A stretch of DNA of 64,000 bases from Candidatus Nanoarchaeia archaeon. GTDB lineage: Archaea; Nanobdellota; Nanobdellia; SCGC-AAA011-G17; GW2011-AR18. Shown here in pieces: positions 37,681-45,553 of this stretch (within the stretch, counting starts at the first letter, position 1; each line of letters starts with the position of its first letter). Location: positions 45,295 through 109,294 of the forward strand of contig DATDWR010000022.1 of assembly GCA_035289605.1 (NCBI GenBank). The letters are read 5' to 3'. Both the position numbers and the translations under genes were made by a program. The notes beneath the pieces are model-generated. The model saw only the letters and a program-made list of their open reading frames with translations, did not search any database and was not told where the DNA came from.

Positions 37681-38472
37681 ATGCTAAATAAGGGAGGTAT
37701 AATTAAGTTTCTGGCTGTTTTAACTATAATTGTTTTTAGCACATTTGTTTTTTCATTGAATAATTCCATGACAGGAAAAATTATTACAGAAGCTCCTGAT
37801 TTGGTTTTGGCTGATTTGGGTGTAAATATTCATGATAAGGGTTATAATAAGCCTTTTCTAGCTAACAGGGTTGTTGCTGTTGTATGCAATAATGATAGAA
37901 GATATGCAGTTTCTAATTTTGATGTCAGGTTTTATTTGCATGGTAGATTGATTAATGAGCTTAAGAACGGCAGGTTGGAGCCTAGTGAGTGTTCTGATGT
38001 TAGTGTTCCGTTCAAGCCGTATTTGGAGAATGTTAGGTATGTTGACGCATTTGCTATTGTGGATCCTGCAAATAGGATTTTAGAGACTAATGAGAATAAT
38101 AACAGGTTCAGGTCAGTATTAAATCTTTCATTGTACGGCCCTAATTTGGAAATTTCAGATGTTGATCTGGTGGATTCACAAAATTTCAATGATATAATAT
38201 TTAGAGTAAGGTTCTGTAATACTTCTCCAAAAGTCTCTGTCAAGAACAGATTTTATGTTGGTGTAATGATAGATGGTATTAAAAGGCAGTTTCAGTATCC
38301 TGTAAATTTGCCCCCGAATAGCTGTGATAATTTATACACAACATCTTTAGAGGGTTTTGGTATACAAAGGAAAAGCGAGGTTTTTGTGGAAACAGTTGTA
38401 GACTTCACAAACTTCGTTGTAGAATCTGAGGAGAATGATAATTATTTTTCAAGAAAATTCAGTCTGGACTAA
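37681..38472 (+). CDS. Secreted protein with two CARDB-like domains
   Basis: 263 aa. Signal/anchor FLAVLTIIVFSTFVFSL. Repeats of the …DPANRILETNENNNRF… / …VVESEENDNYF… type characteristic of CARDB domains. Confidence 0.5.
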   Translation: MLNKGGIIKFLAVLTIIVFSTFVFSLNNSMTGKIITEAPDLVLADLGVNIHDKGYNKPFLANRVVAVVCNNDRRYAVSNFDVRFYLHGRLINELKNGRLEPSECSDVSVPFKPYLENVRYVDAFAIVDPANRILETNENNNRFRSVLNLSLYGPNLEISDVDLVDSQNFNDIIFRVRFCNTSPKVSVKNRFYVGVMIDGIKRQFQYPVNLPPNSCDNLYTTSLEGFGIQRKSEVFVETVVDFTNFVVESEENDNYFSRKFSLD

Positions 38473-38475
38473 ATA

Positions 38476-39333
38476 ATGAGCTTAAAGGATATTTCTAAAT
38501 CAACAATTGTCTTATTAGTTGTAGTTATTTTATCTATTCTGGCCTTCTTGTTTCTGCCATTGCTGCTTGCCGTAGCTGTTTTCTTGGCTGTCCTTCTTCC
38601 GGTTATAATTTTTGTATTGATAAAAAAATGGATTTCAAAGACTTTTGCATCTGTTGTCTTTTCTTTTTCTGTTTGGCTTAATATTGTTATAGTTTTAATT
38701 CCGCTGTTTGCTGGCTTTGCAGCTCTTAATTTTGCTGAATTCTCAAAAAGCTTGTCAAGCAATGATAAAGTTATAGCTATTGACGATAATGGATTGATTT
38801 TTGCTTTTCAGTTTAAGGATTTTAACAATGTGCAGTCAGTAAAAATTTATTCCAGTCGAGAGTTAAAAAATTTAAGGGAAAATTTAGCATCTGATAATTT
38901 GAACAATCTGATGATATTTATTATAAATAAAAAGATTTTTGATCCTGTTAAGAGTATTTCTATGTCGGGAATTGTTTTAAGTAATGATGAAGCTTTTGAG
39001 TTTCTAGCTTCAGAAGACTCGAATGCTTTCCTATCAAAGAAATTAGGAGCTGCCCAGAAAGATATTAGCTCAGATAATATGAAGGTCATGGCTGTGTTTA
39101 AGTTGTTTGAGGGAATTCTGAATGAAAACTCAGCTATTTATATTGTGTCTTCCTACAAGAGTGGATTAATAGAAGTGTATCCTGATTATTTCTCACTAAG
39201 GCTTATCAAGTATCTTCCTGATGCTGTTTTGGAAAATGCTGTTTCATCTCTAATGCCATCGCAGAAAAGCAGTAATAAAAATGTAAACAAACAGGATATT
39301 AAGCATGATCAACCGCTGCTTTTAGCGCCTTGA
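38476..39333 (+). CDS. Membrane protein, unknown function
   Basis: 285 aa. Three N-terminal TM helices, then a soluble domain. Confidence 0.35.
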   Translation: MSLKDISKSTIVLLVVVILSILAFLFLPLLLAVAVFLAVLLPVIIFVLIKKWISKTFASVVFSFSVWLNIVIVLIPLFAGFAALNFAEFSKSLSSNDKVIAIDDNGLIFAFQFKDFNNVQSVKIYSSRELKNLRENLASDNLNNLMIFIINKKIFDPVKSISMSGIVLSNDEAFEFLASEDSNAFLSKKLGAAQKDISSDNMKVMAVFKLFEGILNENSAIYIVSSYKSGLIEVYPDYFSLRLIKYLPDAVLENAVSSLMPSQKSSNKNVNKQDIKHDQPLLLAP

Positions 39334-40192
39334 TAGCTACTTGCACTTGCTTGTTGTCTGGTTCTTTTGTTGTTATCTTTTGTATTAGTAATCCTGGAAG
39401 TATTAGAGCTTTAAGGAAGCTGAATCTTGCTCCTAGTCTTAGTATCTCATAGCTTATGCTGGCAATTACAGGAAGTAGAATTATTCTCAGGCCTAGCTTT
39501 GTTGCAAAATTATAATTTTTAGGTATAAATAAATAGACTATTATGCTTATGAATAACACTAGAAACACGAATGTTGTTCCGCATCTCTTGTGTATTGTGG
39601 AAAATTTTTGTGTTTCCTCTACTGTAAGTTTTTTCTTGTTTTCATGGCATGCAACTGCCTTGTGTTCTGCTCCGTGGTATTGGAAGACTCTGTATACTTC
39701 TTTGTTTAGTGATATTAAATAAATGTATCCAACAAATAATACTATTTTTATTATTCCGTCAATAAAATTAAATAAGATGTTATTTACGTTTGCTGCTCTG
39801 TTTATTATTGTTGTTAGCAATAATGGCAGGAATTTAAATAGCACTATTGCGAGAATAACCGCAAATGCAATGCTGAATACCATTTCTTTTGTGCTGATTT
39901 TCTCTTCCTTCCCTAGCTGCATGTTGCTTGAGTAATTCAAAGCTTTGATTCCTATGTATAATATTACAAACAGGTTTATTATTCCTCTCCAGAATGGTAT
40001 TTTGCTGTCTTTTATTTTTAGTTTCTCTTTTTTGACAGCTATTTTTCCGTTCTTTTTTCTTACTGCTATGGCTATGTTATCTTTATATTTCATCATCACC
40101 CCTTCTATTAATGCCTGTCCTCCAACATAGTATTTTGTCATAATTTTTACCAGCTCAAGTTTTTGGTGAACACTACAAGGTTTGAATGCCAC
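39299..40192 (-). CDS. DUF1385-like membrane protein
   Basis: 297 aa. N-terminal …YYVGGQALIEGVMMK… motif and multiple TM helices. Family assignment is from memory. Confidence 0.4.
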   Translation of the reverse strand: MAFKPCSVHQKLELVKIMTKYYVGGQALIEGVMMKYKDNIAIAVRKKNGKIAVKKEKLKIKDSKIPFWRGIINLFVILYIGIKALNYSSNMQLGKEEKISTKEMVFSIAFAVILAIVLFKFLPLLLTTIINRAANVNNILFNFIDGIIKIVLFVGYIYLISLNKEVYRVFQYHGAEHKAVACHENKKKLTVEETQKFSTIHKRCGTTFVFLVLFISIIVYLFIPKNYNFATKLGLRIILLPVIASISYEILRLGARFSFLKALILPGLLIQKITTKEPDNKQVQVAIKALKAAVDHA

Positions 40193-40908
40193 TTGTGAAG
40201 TTTGCTCACGCTCTTTCCTACTACATAATTCTTCTTGTTTTTAATGTTATCTAAAAATTCTCCAATGTTGTCTGCATATGAGCATGTTAGAGTGTTTCCA
40301 AGAAATTTCAGCATATGGGCATCGCTTCCGCCTGTTGCGCCTTTGGCTGTTCCATGAGCCCATTCTATTGCTTTTGAATTTATGCTGGGATACATTATAG
40401 AATTAATTACTTCTATGCCTTCCAGTCTGTTTACTAGCCATTTATTTCTTTGTGAGTATTTGTAGCTGTTTTTAGGTCCTATTGAGAAGGGGTGCGGCAA
40501 TATTAGAAGTGTTGCATATTCCTTGGTTTTTTCTATTAGTTCTTCTGTGCTCCATTTTAGTTTTCTCATATTAAATCCTTTGTTTTTCAGATGATATCCA
40601 TTTATGTATTTTGTATAATAGTCTATCATGTCTCTCTCTTTGTAAAAGTAAGCCAGAAAATCTATGGAATCTTTTGATGTAACTTCTATTCCAGGTATTC
40701 CTATTTTTTCTCTGCACGCTTTTAAGCTAGAGCTTATTTCATTGTGGTCTGTTATGCTTATTTTTATATTCATATTTTTGGCTTTTTGTATTAATTCTTC
40801 TGCTGTGTTTCTGCCGTCAGAAGCAGTGGTATGAGAATGCATGTCAATCTTCATCATTCCTTTTATTTCTTCTAAATTATGCGGACTTTTTATTATTATT
40901 TTTATCAT
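40147..40908 (-). CDS. PHP-domain metal-dependent phosphoesterase
   Basis: 253 aa. MKIDMHSHTTASDG… and …GGSDAH… are PHP family motifs. Confidence 0.7.
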   Translation of the reverse strand: MIKIIIKSPHNLEEIKGMMKIDMHSHTTASDGRNTAEELIQKAKNMNIKISITDHNEISSSLKACREKIGIPGIEVTSKDSIDFLAYFYKERDMIDYYTKYINGYHLKNKGFNMRKLKWSTEELIEKTKEYATLLILPHPFSIGPKNSYKYSQRNKWLVNRLEGIEVINSIMYPSINSKAIEWAHGTAKGATGGSDAHMLKFLGNTLTCSYADNIGEFLDNIKNKKNYVVGKSVSKLHKWHSNLVVFTKNLSW

Positions 40909-40998
40909 CGCTTCTTTGGTTTGTATGTTCTAAATTAAAGCTTTGTGTTTTCATGCAGATCGCAAAACTTTTAATAATGTAGTAAGTATTGAATTTTT

Positions 40999-41772
40999 AT
41001 GAAAGTTGAGAATGAGCCGTTTCAGCTGGATTATGAAAGGTTTTCTATTGCACAAAACCTTAAGGAAATAGCTAAAAGGTATAATATTAAGACTGCTTTG
41101 GAAGCTCCTGCTCCCGGGCTTAAGGCAATGCCTTCTCTGTATTCTTTAGGTTTGGGTGAAGCAGGTTGTGATGTAACTTTGGTTAATCCTGAGGCTGAAG
41201 GAGTAAAAGTTTGGAAAGATTTAAAATTTAAGGTAACCGCTAAAAAGACAAACGACTTGGCAAAACTTCCTTTCAAAGATAATTCTTTTGATTTTGTCTG
41301 GAATTTTAATACTCTGTCATTGCACAAGAATTATGATGAAATATTGAAGGAATTTATCAGGGTTTCAAAAAAACATGTTTGCTTGTTGTGTGTTAATGGT
41401 TATAATGTAGGTTCTCCGATGCACAGGATACTGCATTATTTCAAGAATGTTCCTTGGACTCATGGTGACAAGATGTTTTTGTATCCTGAAAAGGTTAAAA
41501 AATTAATGAGTAACAATGGATTGAAAATAGTTAAAGTTGGTGTTATGAATTGTCCTGTATGGCCTGATACTGTAGGTTTTAGGGATATGAAATTTCATAA
41601 AATTGAATCACAGCTAAAAAATTTGAAGTGGCATGCAAACACTATTGATTTTATGAAGAATAATTCTTATCCTAAATGGATTTATAGTATGTACAAGTTT
41701 GAGAAGATGCCTATGGTTTGGCCAATTAAATTATTGTATGCCCACCTTTTTTATGTTGTTGGGGAAAAATAA
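40999..41772 (+). CDS. Class I SAM-dependent methyltransferase-like protein
   Basis: 257 aa. …LEAPAPGLKAM…GCDVTLVNPE… and …NSFDFVWNFNTL…FIRVSKKHV… resemble MTase motifs I-III. Confidence 0.45.
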   Translation: MKVENEPFQLDYERFSIAQNLKEIAKRYNIKTALEAPAPGLKAMPSLYSLGLGEAGCDVTLVNPEAEGVKVWKDLKFKVTAKKTNDLAKLPFKDNSFDFVWNFNTLSLHKNYDEILKEFIRVSKKHVCLLCVNGYNVGSPMHRILHYFKNVPWTHGDKMFLYPEKVKKLMSNNGLKIVKVGVMNCPVWPDTVGFRDMKFHKIESQLKNLKWHANTIDFMKNNSYPKWIYSMYKFEKMPMVWPIKLLYAHLFYVVGEK

Positions 41773-42063
41773 CTAGATTCTTGACTCTATAACGCTAAAC
41801 CTTCTATCTAAACTGCTAAAATTATTCTCTAATAAAGAAACTCTATTATCTAAGCTATGAACATCATCTCTAATTTCCTTTACTGCAATAACTACAGTAT
41901 CTACTTTATATGAATATTCTCCAAGCTTTTTAACTACAGCCATAAGAGTAACCAAACCGACACCATAAGGAATTGCCTTTATTATCGCTGGAGTATTTAT
42001 ATAACCAAGATCTTTAGCTAAAAACCATAAGAATAGTATAATAACTCCTATCCAAAAATCCAA
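41773..42063 (-). CDS. Small membrane protein
   Basis: 96 aa. N-terminal TM helix FWIGVIILFLWFLA. Confidence 0.3.
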   Translation of the reverse strand: MDFWIGVIILFLWFLAKDLGYINTPAIIKAIPYGVGLVTLMAVVKKLGEYSYKVDTVVIAVKEIRDDVHSLDNRVSLLENNFSSLDRRFSVIESRI

Positions 42064-42224
42064 AACACTATAGACCAGTCAATTTTTATTTCTAATCTTT
42101 TCATAATATTATTGAGGTATTGAAATTTATAAAATTTATAAGTCTTTCCTAGAAATTGATGTAAAATATTCAAAATTTGTAAAAAGAACGAAACTAATAT
42201 AAGTTTAACTGAAAATTTTAATTT

Positions 42225-43106
42225 ATGAAATCAGTCTCTGTTGTTGTAATTACATATAATGAGGAAAAAAATATTGAAGACTGCTTGAATTCTTTAGTTA
42301 GTCAAGACTATCCAAAGGGCAAATATGAAATAATTGTTGTTGATGCTTCCTTAGACAAGACAGCTGAATTAGCTTCTAAATTCAAAAATGTAAAAGTTCA
42401 CAAGTCTAAGGAAAAAGGTTTTGCTGTACAGAGGAACCTGGGAATTAAGTTAGCAAAAAACGAGCTTATTGCTTCTACTGATGCTGACTGCATTGCTCCT
42501 AGGGACTGGTTAAAAAGGCTTGTCAGCAGTTTAGAAAAAAATAATGTTTCTGGTGTTGGTGGTAGCGCTTTTCCTCCTAAAGATTCTTGCTATATAGGCT
42601 TGTGCATTGCTTGTCTTGGTTTTCCTGCTGGCGGTGCTTTGGGTTTGAATAAGAATGACTCTATATCCATTGGTAATTCTATTTTTTACAAAAAAGTTCT
42701 GGAAGATGTTAATGGTTTCAATCCTAATATGAAGTATGGAGGGGAGGACACAGATTTAACTAAAAGATTAAAAAAGAAAGGATATAAAATAATTATCGAG
42801 CCTGATTTGTTTGTCTATCATAAGACAAGAAACTTTAAAGAATTTTTATCATGGTGTTTCAGAAGAGGAAAGGCAAAGTTTCATTTGTCCAAAAGTCCTG
42901 TGCAAATTTTAATGCCTTTAGCGATTTTAATTTATCCTTTCAATAGTAAGTTTTGGAGAGTGGTAACGAAAAGGAAAGCTATAAAAATAGACCTTTTTTC
43001 TGTATTTTTAGTCGTTCCTTGTCTTTTCTTTTTAAGGCAGGTGTTTATGACATTAGGGTGGTCTTATGAATTTGCCAGATGCTTTATCAGGAAGGAGAAG
43101 TATTAG
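42225..43106 (+). CDS. Family 2 glycosyltransferase (membrane-associated)
   Basis: 293 aa. VSVVVITYNEEKNIEDCLNSL… and …ASTDADCIAP… are GT2 signatures. C-terminal TM helices. Confidence 0.75.
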   Translation: MKSVSVVVITYNEEKNIEDCLNSLVSQDYPKGKYEIIVVDASLDKTAELASKFKNVKVHKSKEKGFAVQRNLGIKLAKNELIASTDADCIAPRDWLKRLVSSLEKNNVSGVGGSAFPPKDSCYIGLCIACLGFPAGGALGLNKNDSISIGNSIFYKKVLEDVNGFNPNMKYGGEDTDLTKRLKKKGYKIIIEPDLFVYHKTRNFKEFLSWCFRRGKAKFHLSKSPVQILMPLAILIYPFNSKFWRVVTKRKAIKIDLFSVFLVVPCLFFLRQVFMTLGWSYEFARCFIRKEKY

Positions 43107-44412
43107 AACTTTCAAGCAAGATCCAGTTCCTGACTCTATAGTTAAGGAAATTCTCCATGCAGGCATTTTAGCTCCTGCTCCTTCTAACAGGCAGCAGTGG
43201 GAGGTTGTTATTGTTAATGATAAAAAAGTAATAGAAAGGCTTCATAAGGAAGCTGGTGCTCAGGAGACTGTTCTTAATTGCCCTATTCTTTTTGTTGTTA
43301 TTGTTGATATGGAATTTAATAAGGAGAATTTTTCTAATGTTCAGGCTACAGCAGCTGCAGTTCAGAACATGCAGTTAAAGGCTTTTGATTTAGGTTACGG
43401 TAGCTGTTGCATGGCAGGCATTGGTGACGTTAACAAAATTAAAGAAATATTAGGTATTCAAGATCCTTGGCTTCCTGTTTGTTATATGATGCTTGGTGTT
43501 CCTGCAGAAGCCCCTACTATGCCTCCTAAAAAAGAGTTGGGAGAAATTTATCATTATAATAAGTATGTTCAGAAGTCTGAGAGGATGCAGTCTAGTGTTT
43601 TTCCTAAGGACTGGACTTTGAATCAGTTGAGGATGCATCAGAAATTTGTATCAAGAGCTTACAAGCTGGGCACTGACTACGAGTTTTATGATGCTGATGA
43701 AATAGATAATATAAAAAAAGTTCTTAAGGATTATTTGTCTTACAAGAGAAAAGTTCTTGCTTTGCTTAGTTATGATGGAACTGTTATAAGGCAGCTGGAA
43801 AAGTTGTTTGATGGCCACGAGTTGGTTTGTTGTGAGCTAAGCAGGGAAGCAGCAGATTTTGTTCAGTTCAAGACCAAAAAACCTTCTTTCACAACATTTA
43901 ATGATAAAATACAAAATGTTGAGGATAATTCTATCGATCTTGTGCTTATAACTTTCTCTTTGGAGAAGGTTCCTGATCCTGAGATTTTTCTTAAGGAAGC
44001 TAAGAGGGTTGTTTCTAAGGATGGAAAAATTATTCTCTTCTTTAAAAGTAAGGGTTCTATGTATGGCTTGATGTATTCAGGAATTACTAAAGGCCTTGGT
44101 GTTAAGCACATGGAAGGTTTTTATGTTCGTTCCGGTCCGTTTGCTCCCCTTAGTGTTTCTGAAATGAAAGAAAATGTGAATAATTTAAATTTAAAAATTG
44201 TTTCTAAGGGAGGTTTCTTTTTTGTTCCTGCTGAAATAAAGATTTATCAGCAAAAGCTTGACGGTTATATGAGAAGGCATGGGAAGAAATTGAGTGTTGC
44301 AAAGTATCTTGTCAAGCCTGCAATTGGTTTTGGAAATTTTCTTTTCAATGCAACAAAAAGCTACAACAAGCATGCTCTTGCAGTTACTCGTTACTGGATT
44401 CTTCAGAAGTAA
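43066..44412 (+). CDS. Nitroreductase-family domain fused to a class I SAM methyltransferase domain
   Basis: 448 aa. N-terminal …RRSIRTFKQDPVPDSIVKEILHAGILAPAPSNRQQWEVVIV… is nitroreductase-like. C-terminal …DLVLITFSLEKVPDPEIFLKEAKRVVSKDGKIILFF… resembles MTase motifs. Overlaps the GT2 gene by 41 nt. Confidence 0.6.
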   Translation: MNLPDALSGRRSIRTFKQDPVPDSIVKEILHAGILAPAPSNRQQWEVVIVNDKKVIERLHKEAGAQETVLNCPILFVVIVDMEFNKENFSNVQATAAAVQNMQLKAFDLGYGSCCMAGIGDVNKIKEILGIQDPWLPVCYMMLGVPAEAPTMPPKKELGEIYHYNKYVQKSERMQSSVFPKDWTLNQLRMHQKFVSRAYKLGTDYEFYDADEIDNIKKVLKDYLSYKRKVLALLSYDGTVIRQLEKLFDGHELVCCELSREAADFVQFKTKKPSFTTFNDKIQNVEDNSIDLVLITFSLEKVPDPEIFLKEAKRVVSKDGKIILFFKSKGSMYGLMYSGITKGLGVKHMEGFYVRSGPFAPLSVSEMKENVNNLNLKIVSKGGFFFVPAEIKIYQQKLDGYMRRHGKKLSVAKYLVKPAIGFGNFLFNATKSYNKHALAVTRYWILQK

Positions 44413-44490
44413 TTAAAATTTTTAGATTATTTGTAGACTTTTCAGAAAAATTAGGGCAATGCTTTTAAATTTAAAAAACATACTAATTTT

Positions 44491-44754
44491 ATGGATGAGA
44501 ATAAATCGCTTGTAGTTTTTCAGAATAAGAAGATTAGAAGAATTTGGCATAATAATGAGTGGTTTTTTTCTGTTGTTGATATAATAGCAATTCTGACAGA
44601 ACAAAAGGATTTTCAAATAGCAAGAAAATATTGGAATAAGCTAAGTCAAAGACTTAAAGAGGAAGGAAGCGAAACGGTTACAATTTGTCACCAATTGAAA
44701 TTGATAGCTGAAGATAGAAAATTAAGAGAAACAGATTGCGCAAGGATATATTAA
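44491..44754 (+). CDS. Bro-N/KilA-N-like DNA-binding domain protein (mobile-element/viral type)
   Basis: 87 aa. …LVVFQNKKIRRIWHNNEWFFSVVDIIAILT… fits the Bro-N pattern (F..IR….G..WF…D.A..L). Confidence 0.4.
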   Translation: MDENKSLVVFQNKKIRRIWHNNEWFFSVVDIIAILTEQKDFQIARKYWNKLSQRLKEEGSETVTICHQLKLIAEDRKLRETDCARIY

Positions 44755-44872
44755 GTATTATAAAAAAAGTTTTGAGTGTAGATAAATAATCAAAAAATGA
44801 AATTAAGTTTCCGTTGGACACGACACAAGAAACGCACGCCAGATTTATAAACAATAAAAATATTATAAATTA

Positions 44873-45553
44873 ATGAAATTAACAGAACAAGATATTAAAA
44901 ATTTGTATGAAGAGGTTAATGATTTAACTGATAATTTTAAGAGTATTAGCCCGGTTATAATTTTGCATAATACAAATTGGTTTAAAATATTAAATCTATT
45001 AAAAGAAAGCTATAGATCAGCAAATGAATTAACCTCAATTAGTTATAGTATGGGTGGCATAAAAAATAATGAAAATATGATTAAATATATAGCAATGAAA
45101 TATTGGCTACTTGTGAATTATTCAGGACATAAAACAAAAAGTAAATTTTTAGATAAATTTTTATATAATGGGGAGATATTTATTAGCAAGTTATTGGATG
45201 AATTAAAAATTGATCACAAATCTCAGTATATAATAAAAAATTCTATCTGTGGATATAATATTCCAAGATTAGTAGATGAATTTATATATCCAAATAAAGT
45301 GATTGAAATAAAGAATATTGATATGTTATCTGAAAACAATTTAAAAACGAATCAGGGACCAATTTTCGAATTAATAGGACAATTTATGTCATTAAACAAA
45401 TTTAATCCCGAATACAAGTTTATAACTATAATATCAGACAAAGATGACAAAATTAATAAGTTGCCACAAAGAGTATTTGATTCATTAAATATGCATGGAA
45501 TATATTCGATTTATACACTTGACAATTTAGAGGAGCTAAAAAATGTTGTCTGA
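44873..45553 (+). CDS. Hypothetical protein preceded by the conserved 80-nt leader (possible nuclease)
   Basis: 226-aa ORF with no clear motif. Shares its 5' leader and MKL start with the LAGLIDADG gene. Confidence 0.35.
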   Translation: MKLTEQDIKNLYEEVNDLTDNFKSISPVIILHNTNWFKILNLLKESYRSANELTSISYSMGGIKNNENMIKYIAMKYWLLVNYSGHKTKSKFLDKFLYNGEIFISKLLDELKIDHKSQYIIKNSICGYNIPRLVDEFIYPNKVIEIKNIDMLSENNLKTNQGPIFELIGQFMSLNKFNPEYKFITIISDKDDKINKLPQRVFDSLNMHGIYSIYTLDNLEELKNVV

